From positions 1 through 64,000 of the IMG/VR virus record IMGVR_UViG_3300042197_000731: a stretch of DNA of 64,000 nucleotides; one strand, given 5' to 3'. The stretch comes from a virus. The stretch's first letter is position 1; every line of letters starts with the position of its first letter. Shown in pieces: positions 40,101-47,492 of the stretch. The translations under genes were made by a program, and so were the position numbers. Under the pieces are notes generated by a model that worked only from the letters and a program-made list of their open reading frames with translations, was not told the origin of the DNA and did no database searches.

Positions 40101-41753
40101 AACAGTACATTTACCACTGGTACAGTGTTCAATGAAACTAATTTAACACTATATTCAGTAAGTAATTTCCGCAATGCCAACGATAGAATTCAAGCATATT
40201 ATTCACCAGATGAACAAATGCCTAGTAAAAATTTCTCTTTATTACAAGACGGAATTGATTATCCAGGTGTTAAAGTAGTTGGCGCAAGTTTCGGTGAAAG
40301 CACTGGATTCGACGGCGTTGGATTTGATATGACTGTATTTGATCCTACAGAAATTGATAGTGATGGCACTTTCTTATTGAGTGAAAGTTTACTTGATACA
40401 AAAATTTCAAGCACTTATACTGATAGTACATTAGGTATAAAGCCAGAGGATATCATTATTGACGGCGGTCCTTATGTATACGATAGATACACCGATTGGA
40501 CAGCAAATACATCGTATGACCGTGGTGATTTAGTATATTACAACAATCGTGTGTGGTACACTGTTACGCCATTTGTATCTGGCAATGTGTTCTCGTCAAA
40601 TAACTTTACGATATATAACATTGGACCGTATGCAAGCCATGCTCCGGAAGAATTAGTGCCTGGTAGAGTCTACGATACTCTAGACATAACTGTATCCACT
40701 TTTGCTATAAATGCTACAAGTGCTGAATACAGCACCTGGGTATCAACCAACGCATTTAAACTTTCTGATGTTGTTATAGTTTCAAATGGTTTAGGATATA
40801 GTTCTGGTAGTATTTCAGTGTTAATAGATGGAGCGACTACTGGTGTACAGGCTAATGCTCAAGTAGTATTGAATGCTAATGGTTCTGCTATATCCTTTGA
40901 CGTAGTTGATGAAGGATATGGCTATACAACTACTCCTAATGTTATTATAACAGGAGCAAATATAGAGCCTATCGTAGCATCAGCGGTAATGGCACCTACA
41001 AATCCTTATGCACTAATGTCGTATAGAATATTCAAGGATATGAATGATAATTACACATTCTTGAGATTAGATACTAGCGCAACAACTACTCTTGCCGCCA
41101 ATTTAGGACTGACAGACACAGTTATAAGAGTTAGCGATGCGTATAAATTGCCAGAACCTGCCGCAGTTGGAGCAGTTCCTGGAGTTGTCTTTATAAATGG
41201 CGAAAGAATAGTGTACTATGCTAAAGATAATACCGCTAATACATTATCTCAATTACGTAGAGGAACTTCTGGAACTGGAGCAAGAACACATAGTGCTGGA
41301 GATACTGTAATTGATGGTAGTCAATCTCAGTTAATAATAGATAGTTCAGTTCGTGAGTGGTATGCTGGAAACGTAGGCACAGGCACGATAAATGTAGCAG
41401 CAAATTCTACTACGATTAACGGCACAGGAACACTATTTACCACTGAATTGACGACGGGGGGAAATATATTCTTATCTGATGGACGTTATGTAGGTATGAT
41501 AAGTAGCATTACCAGTGATACTGTAGCAATTGTTTCCGAGACACCAGTAATTAATGCGATTGATAGTACATTTGAATACTCTGCCAACGTAGTTGCGACA
41601 ACAACGTCTGGTAATTCTTACACATTCTATTCAAATACTGGTTATCTACGTAGTAATTTGTGGTACGCAAGTGGATCTGGTACAGCAACAAACGGCGGCG
41701 GACTGTTTACCAGTAATACAATTCAAGTTCAGTTCTTGAAAGAGGGTATTTGA
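28179..41753 (+). CDS. Giant baseplate wedge/receptor-binding structural protein (gp7 position; YHYH-like, FG-GAP-like and CBM-like modules)
   Basis: Uninterrupted 4524-aa ORF directly after gp6; HSKIIGFSADGYPIYGPFG, LDQYNGRYGRTPDFPNGTYAYF, FGSSIAMS/LYVGAP repeats, W.pNT.Y..G modules. Confidence 0.7.
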   Translation: MAVTKTTDFLPSVFQTDANKKFLGATLDQLLTESNLSPINGYVGRKFAPGYSGIDTYVRENTAFRADYQLEPTVVYKNTDNSEVEFAKTYPETLQKIAYFGGNVTNQNNLWQSDYYSYNPRFNADAFINFSQYYWVPNGPDAVNVFAGGIDLEKKFYIYPDNNVKTYNVSGYGLTPSPDIVLGRKGSYEFVINQPGKPFWIQTEPGLSGKNSNTNLNTRQILGVTNNGIDVGTITFEVPTTTAQDFYITMPLLQTVDLVSTVSYADLQGKLLSEIKANYGGIDGQISNLAGKYLIFGTYSTNTADWTSSSTVVPISQRYGIWQILLIPSGIDFIINLVAYVPIPVNNKVIVLSGINYGNTEWFYNVDNRLEQIPVITATLDTLYYQDGIDVEQYGIIRLVEPTNNYIDIDSEILGKTNYVSPNGVTFTNGLKIIFDSAVTPDSYKNKEYYVEGVGSAIKLISVDDLVINAPVSKNNYRPQQNFVLYANASLNQAADQLTVSTTNFPDGVTVLTGNFPNANNLTPIAQQDIKFKYPYRAGINEAGEHQSIRFSGETIGITLPGILINGVSNGVTVRGSNETVWHYDVNQTLINGQDQYGGQTIGDGKYVYTNGNFVSANAWGNVSGFSSGYVDSATGHSKIIGFSADGYPIYGPFGFLNPDVESTDTSTVRMRSSYSYGDITTSTRPQPRTVTITSNVISNNYITVDSSFGINPGMRVTLNTASITSGSVWVIDNSLKTTEGLPEYIGPINQIKLSSNVTVSAGQTITFEFLPGAFIEDYVYEPNSGTLDQYNGRYGRTPDFPNGTYAYFITDSFGGEIAYPYIIGPQFYGDTTLDTNSSLDTPDYIIINRASQDLNPWTRRNRWFHQNILELTSTYNGTPLTLDSNYRAKRPIIEFDPDIQLLNFGKIAKRPVDLFDTTTTDPFLSIEGSQGFYVDGTNLVEGMRVIFSLDQDPLTRNKIWVVNFIDQDASSLTPQIIHLVEADDSDVLDYDVVSAFNGQLNSGKSFWLLNNIWREGQNKTDINQTPYFDVFDDVEVSFSDLTKYPSVKTSTKFIGTKLFGYRLGTGSVDSVLGFPLSYKNLNNIGDIQFTNYFDVDTFQYSLNNAVVSKKVNSGFLHKNNSDGTFEKLNVWTNTNTPTRQMQDLAFVYDGVDNSFRLDIKPESASVKPNFLVYINYKKLDIDKFQLYNIPNDSLLLTINKTEINKNDRVDVLIYNENKTSNIGFYQIPDNLNYNPQNSVLDNPTLGEMRNHIGTVAENNLFFSGSYPGRSNLRDLQIENQSGIMLQHSAPVTFANMFLNSDKFNAINGIQYAQSEYNKFKSKFLNLAGLIPITEAGNVESAVNYILKNINQVKNSTFPWFYSDMVAYQGTRNVINYNIFNPLQRSYEITNIFTLTEITNKSILIYLNKVQLVYGRDYLFLADSTGVQITDSVTLQIGDKLTIIEYDSTDGSYIPETPTKLGLYPKFIPEIYVDRTYTTPQTLLRGHDGSVMPIFGDLRDNLLLELEKRIYNNLKVEYSDKLVNIFETIPGKFRNTGYRLTEFNAALAASYLRWTSQNNLDYVNNDTFQNDNAFSYNYALAYDKINNELLPGSWRACYQYFYDCQDPNVSPWKMLGFTIKPDWWEEVYGPAPYTSGNSILWTDLENGYIARGDRAGFDPLFKRPGLSAIIPVNENGKLIPPLPLLTNKFDANTFNRSWNIGQFSPTETAWRNSSDYPFALQIIMAIFKPAKYFAYGINTNKYRYNVELDQYLIAGTNNRITQDDIDINGYVENGIVVRATGYLNYITDYLTGLGILDKSGLYNFIRDYSVQLSYRLAGYSDKSFLKILAEQYSPTSTNDSILIPDGDYDLVINKSTPILNVRYSGVIIEKVAAGFKISGYDKNRPYFSVIPPDSNGKYITIKILDATLNYYTEYTNIKINIPYDTVFTNTQQVSNFLSGYGRYLQLQGLLFNDYDGSLKQIKNWELSTREFLTWVQQGWKVNNLIALSPVGNAIKFFNPSAIADKIQNSVFGSKVVNKDGKILNSDRYSVLRDGNNFELRILNQKDLIGYLEIDLVQNEHSLIFNNNTVFNDVIYNPIMGQRQYRLKVVGKRTAEWNGSVYAPGFVYNSNIVQQWLPGVDYMKGDLVDFKGFYYSSIQNLPATSEFKFSDWSPVDKNKIKTGLLSNFARNAEIIETFYDVNQVNLESDFDLYALSLIGYKNRDYLNNIGLDDVSQVKFYQGFIKEKGTINSINALANVVVNQQQSQVSMYEDWAFRVGTYGSTDINRYVELVLDERYVVSNPASLEVLSNNRISYESQFVSDGLYKTSTTNWTSPFLLTRNSDSDYDTDIKTAGFVSIEDVDYTVFDINDIRTLNNNIENIGTNSIIWVAKDFNLDWNVYTLEDIKCVVTKISNSLNSRVTVTTDNFHRLTVNDVVMLFGVDQFNGFYRVLTVSSLNTFVVEYVGRLSGFNNQIYTGGIYKLKSLKVDTPSDIVTLKNSTQWKNNNKVWVENTTTTNMWEVYNKSEPWEYTKNIRIGSITANSRFGSSVSVTADNNFAVVGQPTSNNGEGSFTNFVLNFNNDLVEDVTLSSLVKNSVGFGSTLVTTNNYVAVGAPESYGNIGYVYIYKRNLGGGTLTDTQILTANVVSSALFGSSIAMSSDSRWLYVGAPDVGNVYVYALNTTIDSFANVVIADGIVDTYTLNFTPVSEENIFVRFVSNSEILMPHQDYTLVGDQITFTSMPAAGNIVVQQIPGYKLFDVIQGNVEGKFGYSVTCTTDGEQILISSPYANVTLNSNTYTTSGNISIYNRSIDSYISQSDTVLFTSTGIVDEYTRVYIETVEQIRGVDWFKFGPNGVQFLVPPGKGKIVRIESNQIQKLQDLTPILPYEDQLFGYSVDICRYNCSVFAGAPFQSVTNTYSGAVYRYLNQGRVYGEITGTVLNPVVNSGDQLRINNFLVTFSDTSLNTVVSTINSANIPGVRAYNVNNYLRIVSDSAVNSDKLRILPGQGSAIADLGLEVFKQVEIINNAYEKAYDYFGKIVKVNNTSDSLIVGSDIAATLEKTIFDSDTTTFDSLSTTFVEAIDNSGAVWIYGYLPSNIDNINNPGNFLYIQQLNSVLVGSSLRTNDGFGSSIAINDFELYVGAKNNKSLNNNAGAVYRFVNEDNLIGWDSYRTEAAKVDIDGIINCYTYNTETQNVLDYLDFIDPVKGKILGVAEQNISYKIDYDPAVYNVTTIPEVANDSDLCWGRNNVGKVWWDLSTVRYVEYEQGTTSYRTANWGRVFPGSSIDVYEWVQSDYPPSQYVSSGGDGIPKYGNNQAYVTESYIDPNTNFAVVKYYYWVKDRSTVNLNYANRTMPTVSIANYIRDPKSSGIKYFAAVSPSAIAVYNVINDVIARQIVLHLNYKKIVNSNVIHNEYALLSEGGSKSREIPNNIFSKFVDSLSGVDLFGNQVPDPVLPVQDRYGIDIRPRQTMVVDRTQALKEVILYVNDVLSKFVVSRGFNLETLLGGEPIPVDDSETYNLIVNNLEELSFINIEILPVGYKILVRNDSTVNNLWTIYVKDAEVVLWQPNTTYNRGQYITRNDVVFIVTSTFTSGSEFNYDNVNIYVATNTWQLIRVQSFSVPEYWQFKDWYAPGYNNTLTPNYIIENNSQITNLTLRSGDIVEILNNGQGKWYIIQVFPNTVNTIAIQDGTIEFSDSLYNLSAYGMGFDNDNFDSLRYDQNPSIEIRQIINSLKNDIFINELDNEFLKLYFVFINYILTEQKSVDWLFKTSFIDVLQKFSGSIKPQIYYKENQDFYLQYIQEVKPYKTTLRDYIVGYDYVDNYTGYVTDFDVPPYYDEVLKLSRSPSGEFLNDAIALRRPEYVDWLTNYSYSIGSVSILSGGSGYTLPPVVTITGSTTGNNAIVRVLVTGGVVTRAVLLYGGTNYITDPIITITGGNGSGLKLKVTLTNNLIRSFDTTIVYDRITYGTTVLEWQPNTDFLQGSVVAHNGIAYVVNSTFTTGTVFNETNLTLYSVSNFRNANDRIQAYYSPDEQMPSKNFSLLQDGIDYPGVKVVGASFGESTGFDGVGFDMTVFDPTEIDSDGTFLLSESLLDTKISSTYTDSTLGIKPEDIIIDGGPYVYDRYTDWTANTSYDRGDLVYYNNRVWYTVTPFVSGNVFSSNNFTIYNIGPYASHAPEELVPGRVYDTLDITVSTFAINATSAEYSTWVSTNAFKLSDVVIVSNGLGYSSGSISVLIDGATTGVQANAQVVLNANGSAISFDVVDEGYGYTTTPNVIITGANIEPIVASAVMAPTNPYALMSYRIFKDMNDNYTFLRLDTSATTTLAANLGLTDTVIRVSDAYKLPEPAAVGAVPGVVFINGERIVYYAKDNTANTLSQLRRGTSGTGARTHSAGDTVIDGSQSQLIIDSSVREWYAGNVGTGTINVAANSTTINGTGTLFTTELTTGGNIFLSDGRYVGMISSITSDTVAIVSETPVINAIDSTFEYSANVVATTTSGNSYTFYSNTGYLRSNLWYASGSGTATNGGGLFTSNTIQVQFLKEGI

Positions 41754-41768
41754 AAAAGGTAGCATTTT

Positions 41769-41930
41769 ATGAACATGATAAATAATAAAGATGATCAGGA
41801 AAAAGAATTAGAGGAAGCGATTCGCAATTCACCTAAGCCAACAAATGAATCCTCTGGTATATACGTCAGAGGATTTGTAAAAATTAGTGATCCTGAATCG
41901 GGAGAAATTCTAGTTCATACTGCTGATTGA
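41769..41930 (+). CDS. Small hypothetical protein (53 aa)
   Basis: Not in the track: MNMINNKDDQ...SGIYVRGFVKISDPESGEILVHTAD; resembles the N-terminus of the next ORF. Confidence 0.55.
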   Translation: MNMINNKDDQEKELEEAIRNSPKPTNESSGIYVRGFVKISDPESGEILVHTAD

Positions 41931-41940
41931 TAGGTAAAAT

Positions 41941-42534
41941 ATGATAGATAAAAACAATACTTTTATTAAGGGATACGTCAAAATATATGATGTAGGTACT
42001 GGCGAAATCCTTCTTGATAAAACCAATGCTATTCACTATGAAAATATGAGTGAAGCATTGTCCTTAAGTTTAGCAAACAAGGGAACTGGATATATTGAAA
42101 AGATGGCATTTGGTAATGGTGCTACTGCGGTAGACAGTACTGGAGTAATTACATATTTGCCAACAAATACTTTTGGTCAAAATGCCAGTCTATATAATCA
42201 AACATATGAAAAAATCGTAGATAATACCAGCGCACTAAATTCAGATCCTTCAAAGAATTTTATTGAAGTTCGTCACACTCCTGGAGTAATTTTTACAGAT
42301 ATCTATGTTAGTTGTTTGTTGAATTATACAGAACCATCTGGTCAACAAGCATTTGATAATAGTGCAACAATGTCTGGTACATATGTATTTGATGAACTTG
42401 GTTTATTGAGTGAGTCTGGTAGATTGTTGACTCACGTAATCTTTCATCCAATTCAAAAATCACTGAATAGATTGATTCAGATTGATTATACAGTGAGAAT
42501 TCAAACGCTTACCAATTTAAGTACTAACTTGTAA
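41941..42534 (+). CDS. Baseplate/tail-fibre attachment-like structural protein
   Basis: 197 aa, MAFGNG, FDELGL, IQKSLNRLIQIDYTVRIQ. Confidence 0.55.
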   Translation: MIDKNNTFIKGYVKIYDVGTGEILLDKTNAIHYENMSEALSLSLANKGTGYIEKMAFGNGATAVDSTGVITYLPTNTFGQNASLYNQTYEKIVDNTSALNSDPSKNFIEVRHTPGVIFTDIYVSCLLNYTEPSGQQAFDNSATMSGTYVFDELGLLSESGRLLTHVIFHPIQKSLNRLIQIDYTVRIQTLTNLSTNL

Positions 42535-42563
42535 GATAAATAGTTAAAACGGATTATTAACAA

Positions 42564-44363
42564 ATGGCTTATACAATTAACCTAACAAACGGCACGATTC
42601 TAACAACAGTTGCGGACGGTACTGTAAACAGTACTTCATCCAGTTTAACGTTGATTGGTAAAAATTACGCTGGATATGGCGACTTCTTGAACGAGAATTT
42701 CGTACATATTGTAGAAAACTTTGCTGATAGCAATGCTCCTACCACACCATTAATTGGTCAACTCTGGTGGGATAGTGCGGGAAATCTGAAAGTTTATACT
42801 GGTTCAGTATTTCGTACGATAGGCACGATGACTTCAAGTAATACTGCTCCGACATCTTCGGTAACTGGTAGTTCTTGGTGGGATACTTTTAATCAACAAT
42901 TGAATGTATATAACGGATCAGCGTGGGTTCTTGTGGGTCCAGCGTTTACTAGTAGTACTGGTCAGAGTGGAACAATCGTTGGCACAATTACTGATAGTTC
43001 TGCCGCCAGTCACGTTGCGGTAAACGTTTATGTTGAAAATACACTAGTTGGAATTATTAGTAAAGATTCAGAATATACTCCGCAATCTGTAATTTCAGGA
43101 TTCACTTCCGTTAAGCCAGGTTTTAACTTATCCACTGCTGTAACAAATAACAAGTTCGTAGGTAGTGCTACTAACGCAGATGCTCTTGGCTCAGTTGCGG
43201 CAGCAAATTATGCAAGAACTGACACAGGAACAACTTTTAACAGTACAGTAAATGTAGCAAGTGGTAGTGGTTTAACCGTAGGCTCAAGTAATAACTTTAC
43301 TATATCTCATACAGGTGCATTAACTAAGTTAACAAACAATATCAACAATGCTAATATTGCTATTGAAGCAAATGTTGCTGGTGTAAAAACGGCTGCTATT
43401 ACCATTGATGGAACTTACGGTAGTACCATTATTGCTAATCTGAGCACATCTGGAGCGTTTGAAACCAGCGGTTATATTAGAACAACTCAAGGCGATGCTG
43501 CTACAAGTACTACAACTGGTGCTTTGCGAGTAGTTGGCGGCATAGGTTTGTCTGGAAATGTATTCACAAGTGCGAATGTTTACTCTGGTAATGTAATAAC
43601 TACTTCTAATGTAACGACTGCGAATGTAAACGCTTCTAATAAAATTAGAGCAACCGGAGGTGTAAATTCAACAAATGCTACAACTGGTGATATTATAGTT
43701 TCTGGCGGTATAGGTGTTGGTGGTAAAGTTTATGCTACAGGCGGATTTCAATCTGACACTTTTCTCTATGCGAACGGCGCTTCAATCATATCGACATTGA
43801 ATTTTAGTAATGCAAACGTAGCAAGTTACTTGCCAACATATACGGGAACATTTGGTGACGGTTCATCTGGTGTAATATTTAATGGTAGAACACTAACAAC
43901 GGGAGCTTCGGGAACTGCTGGTACTATTACTGGTACTTGGACTTTAAGTGGTGGATCAACTTTACAAGCAACATATGCTGACTTGGCAGAAAGATTTGAA
44001 GCTGATCAAGCATATGACTATGGTACAGTGGTTCAGTTCGGTGGAGATAAAGAAATAACTGCGGTGCGTGATGAACTTAGTACAGATGTTTTCGGAGTGG
44101 TGTCGCAATCTGCTGCGTATTTAATGAATGCTGGTGCTGGATCCAGTTCAACTCACCCTGCCGTTGCTTTAAGCGGTAGAGTGCCAGTCAAAGTACGTGG
44201 CAGAGTAAAAAAACATGATCGTTTAGTGAGCGCAGGAAATGGTACTGCTAGATCCGCTAAGCCAGAGGAAACCAATCCGTTCACTGTTATAGGCAGAGCA
44301 TTGGAAGATAAAAATAACGAAGATGTTGGCTTATTAACTGCCATGGTGTTAGTAAATAAATGA
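42564..44363 (+). CDS. Tail fibre protein with C-terminal intramolecular chaperone (Peptidase G2-like)
   Basis: GKNYAGYG..LNENF, GQLWWD, TTGALRVVGGIG repeats; YADLAERFEAD...VFGVVS...VALSGRVPVKV...VIGRALE; late promoter at 42536-42542. Confidence 0.75.
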   Translation: MAYTINLTNGTILTTVADGTVNSTSSSLTLIGKNYAGYGDFLNENFVHIVENFADSNAPTTPLIGQLWWDSAGNLKVYTGSVFRTIGTMTSSNTAPTSSVTGSSWWDTFNQQLNVYNGSAWVLVGPAFTSSTGQSGTIVGTITDSSAASHVAVNVYVENTLVGIISKDSEYTPQSVISGFTSVKPGFNLSTAVTNNKFVGSATNADALGSVAAANYARTDTGTTFNSTVNVASGSGLTVGSSNNFTISHTGALTKLTNNINNANIAIEANVAGVKTAAITIDGTYGSTIIANLSTSGAFETSGYIRTTQGDAATSTTTGALRVVGGIGLSGNVFTSANVYSGNVITTSNVTTANVNASNKIRATGGVNSTNATTGDIIVSGGIGVGGKVYATGGFQSDTFLYANGASIISTLNFSNANVASYLPTYTGTFGDGSSGVIFNGRTLTTGASGTAGTITGTWTLSGGSTLQATYADLAERFEADQAYDYGTVVQFGGDKEITAVRDELSTDVFGVVSQSAAYLMNAGAGSSSTHPAVALSGRVPVKVRGRVKKHDRLVSAGNGTARSAKPEETNPFTVIGRALEDKNNEDVGLLTAMVLVNK

Positions 44364-44371
44364 GGTAACGT

Positions 44372-45310
44372 ATGACTTACGCATCTGGTGGATTAATACA
44401 AGCAAGTGATTTTAACACTTTTAACGGTGGTAGCGTCGCAAATGTTAGTGGACAGATAAACACGGTCTGGTCAACAGGAACTGGCAATGCCGGATATGGC
44501 CAGACCGCAGGATCAAATGTTAGTGTGAGTGGCACTATAAATGCCAGCGACTGGACAACATTATTTAATAACTTAAACGCGGCTAGAAAACATCAACTTG
44601 CTGGTAGTTATTCAAATCTGACTGTTCCAGCATCTGGCGGAACAATAACTTATGACGGTTCTTTATCCACCCAGTTAACCAATGCGTATACTGATAGATT
44701 AACAGCAGCAACAACTGGCTCAACCAGCACAGGAACTAATGACACTTGGAATCCATCGGCAGGAGCAACTACTGCTCTAGATACATTTAGAGATTGTAAT
44801 ATTGTTTTTGGCAGTTCAGATCAAGCACGATATTTTTTCAATGCTGGCGGAAGAATCGCTATGATATATAGTGCAGTGGATAATTCAGGGGCAAATGCCA
44901 GAAGTGTAAACATGCGTGATATGGTAAATCAAGTAGGTGGATTTAATACCTATAGAGGTTACAGTAATTCAGGCAGAACTGGCGCAGGTGGCAGTTTTAG
45001 CGTCAATAACACAGGTGTAGGTTATTATAATACTACATCAAGTGTAGTAACTTTCATTCAAAACGATGATACCGTTGCTCCATATAATTTATCTTATGTA
45101 CGAGTTCAACATTTTTATATTGGATTAACTACTAATGGAGCAAATGGTAATCAAGTAACTTTTAGATTATATCTTTATTCTCCTGCCGATGATGTTTACG
45201 GTGGATCTATCAATATAACTGTAACATCACGCTGTGATATAACTTTTCCATCTACCACCTATTTGTCTAATTCTTGGGGAACACCTACAATAAGTTATGA
45301 TAGTGCATAA
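44372..45310 (+). CDS. Virion structural (fibre-associated) protein
   Basis: 312 aa, Gly/Ser/Thr rich, ARYFFNAGGRI motif, follows the fibre gene. Confidence 0.55.
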   Translation: MTYASGGLIQASDFNTFNGGSVANVSGQINTVWSTGTGNAGYGQTAGSNVSVSGTINASDWTTLFNNLNAARKHQLAGSYSNLTVPASGGTITYDGSLSTQLTNAYTDRLTAATTGSTSTGTNDTWNPSAGATTALDTFRDCNIVFGSSDQARYFFNAGGRIAMIYSAVDNSGANARSVNMRDMVNQVGGFNTYRGYSNSGRTGAGGSFSVNNTGVGYYNTTSSVVTFIQNDDTVAPYNLSYVRVQHFYIGLTTNGANGNQVTFRLYLYSPADDVYGGSINITVTSRCDITFPSTTYLSNSWGTPTISYDSA

Positions 45311-45602
45311 TTTAATTGAACAAATTAAAAAATCAAATGATATTACTGTAAGCAAATTAGCAGTAAAAGAAAAAAAAGATATTGAATTACAAATATTGTA
45401 TAATGATGGGTTATTTAAAATAACGCCACAATTAATATCTTTTATTTCAGTATGGCCCAAAGATACAGTATATATTGAAGATTGTTGCGAAAAACCAATC
45501 ATAATTAATAAACAAGAATTTTTAGAAATTATTGTATCTACATATGATAATGCTATGAATAAATTTCATGAAGAATATAATAAAATTATAAATGAAATCT
45601 AA
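45297..45602 (+). CDS. Hypothetical protein
   Basis: 101-aa ORF overlapping both neighbours. Confidence 0.55.
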   Translation: MIVHNLIEQIKKSNDITVSKLAVKEKKDIELQILYNDGLFKITPQLISFISVWPKDTVYIEDCCEKPIIINKQEFLEIIVSTYDNAMNKFHEEYNKIINEI

Positions 45603-46386
45603 AGGTGTTTTGCTATTTGCTTTTTCAACACAAGAAATAGATTATCTAAAAATAGCAGAAAAAAACAGTAGGTTAATTAAAAAATTTTTGAATTTGCCTG
45701 TATCGGTAGTAACCGACGTTGACTATAATTCTGATTTTTTTAATGTTATCAAAGTAGAAAAACAAGAAAAAAATAATGTTCGTATTGGCTTTAATCCATC
45801 AAAATCGTGGAAAAATTTTGACAGATGTGCCGCTTATGATTTGAGTCCATACGATACTACTTTATTATTAGATGTAGACTGTATAATTTTAGATAACTTT
45901 TTATTAAAATACTTTGATTTATGTGAAGATTATTTTATATTGAATAATCAATATTTTTTAAATGGCAAAGATGTTCATACAATGGGAATTTACGGAATTC
46001 CACATAAATGGGCTACGATAGTTATTTTTAATAAAACTAAAAAATCTCAACTAATGTTTGAATTAGTAAAAAAAATTCAAAATAATTATGAATATTACAG
46101 AAATTTATATCAAATAAGAGTAACTAATTTTAGAAACGATTTCGCATTTACGATAGCAGATTTGATAATAAATGGATATAATATACAATCAAAAAATGTA
46201 TTACAACATAAGATATTTGCCATTGATGAAAATGTGAAAGAATTAATTTTAAATGATGATATGATATATATGTTGACAGATAAATCTGGATATGTTATCC
46301 CTAAAATTACACTACATTTTATTGATAAGTATTTTTTATTTGATGAAAAATTTGATATTTTTTGTGATAGAATACTAAATGAGTGA
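45592..46386 (+). CDS. Putative glycosyltransferase (GT-A/GT8-like)
   Basis: AYDLSPYDTTLLLDVDC (DxD), RNDFAF. Confidence 0.65.
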   Translation: MKSKGVLLFAFSTQEIDYLKIAEKNSRLIKKFLNLPVSVVTDVDYNSDFFNVIKVEKQEKNNVRIGFNPSKSWKNFDRCAAYDLSPYDTTLLLDVDCIILDNFLLKYFDLCEDYFILNNQYFLNGKDVHTMGIYGIPHKWATIVIFNKTKKSQLMFELVKKIQNNYEYYRNLYQIRVTNFRNDFAFTIADLIINGYNIQSKNVLQHKIFAIDENVKELILNDDMIYMLTDKSGYVIPKITLHFIDKYFLFDEKFDIFCDRILNE

Positions 46387-47197
46387 TATCGGCTTTTTAT
46401 CTATAGCACAAAATTCTGATGTAGATTATTTTCGGTTATGCTATTTTCAATGTTTATTTTTGAAAAAATCAATGCCTCAGATTCCGTATTCTGTAATTGT
46501 TGATCGTCATACATTTAATGATATTCCAGAAAAATGTAAAAATTATTTCAATTCAATAATTTTATTAGAAAAAAATTACGCCGCCGAAGATAATTGGAAA
46601 TTAAGCAATGAACCGCAAATATATAACTTAACACCATATTATCACACTATTAAATTAGAAAGTGATTTACTTATAACTAGAGATATTACGCATTGGATTC
46701 CTGCGCTATCAACTAAAGACATAGTTTTTAGTCATGGTTGTAAAAACTTTCTACAAGAAAAATCAAATAGTAAATTTTATAGACACTTTTTAGTAGATAA
46801 TGATTTACCAGATATATACAATGGATTAATGTATTTTAAGCGATCAGAATTGTCCAGAAAGTTTTTTGATATATCTCAAACAATATTTTTGAATTGGAAA
46901 GACATTGCTCCTAACTTTAACAATTATATAAACGTACCAGCATCAACTGATTTTGTTTATGCTATTGCGGCAAAAATATTAGGTGTAGAAAATTTTATTT
47001 TACCAACACTAGAGTTTTTTAATTTTGTTCATATGAAAAGGTATATAAACAACTGGTTATTTAACAATTGGCCTGATGTTGCTATTCATGAATTTGATGA
47101 TAGTATTCTTAGAATAGCAAATATAAATCAATATTATCCAGTTCACTATTATGATAAAAATTTAATTACAGATGATTTAATAGCACGTTATGAATAA
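46379..47197 (+). CDS. Putative glycosyltransferase-like protein
   Basis: LTPYYHTIKLESD, IYNGLMYFK, STDFVYAIA, FVHMK; paralogous to the upstream ORF. Confidence 0.6.
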   Translation: MSDIGFLSIAQNSDVDYFRLCYFQCLFLKKSMPQIPYSVIVDRHTFNDIPEKCKNYFNSIILLEKNYAAEDNWKLSNEPQIYNLTPYYHTIKLESDLLITRDITHWIPALSTKDIVFSHGCKNFLQEKSNSKFYRHFLVDNDLPDIYNGLMYFKRSELSRKFFDISQTIFLNWKDIAPNFNNYINVPASTDFVYAIAAKILGVENFILPTLEFFNFVHMKRYINNWLFNNWPDVAIHEFDDSILRIANINQYYPVHYYDKNLITDDLIARYE

Positions 47198-47492
47198 AGA
47201 ATATGAATATAGAATATACTATGAAAATGAAACTGGTAGAATAAAAGGCCTTGCTCACGATAATTATCCTGACTGGGGTGAATATATAGTTGTAAATAAA
47301 CACGAATATGAAAACTATTTTAGATATTATGTTAAAAATGGTAAATTAGAGCCAGTAGTTATTGAACAAAGTTACTCTAATTTATTAAAGAAAAGCAATT
47401 CTGGATATAAAGTAGTAAAAAATAATGCAAATATATTAGTTGAAGATAACGAAGAATATTCAGATATTGAATACTATGATTACATTAAATGA
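47190..47492 (+). CDS. Hypothetical protein
   Basis: 100-aa ORF in the operon. Confidence 0.55.
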   Translation: MNKEYEYRIYYENETGRIKGLAHDNYPDWGEYIVVNKHEYENYFRYYVKNGKLEPVVIEQSYSNLLKKSNSGYKVVKNNANILVEDNEEYSDIEYYDYIK

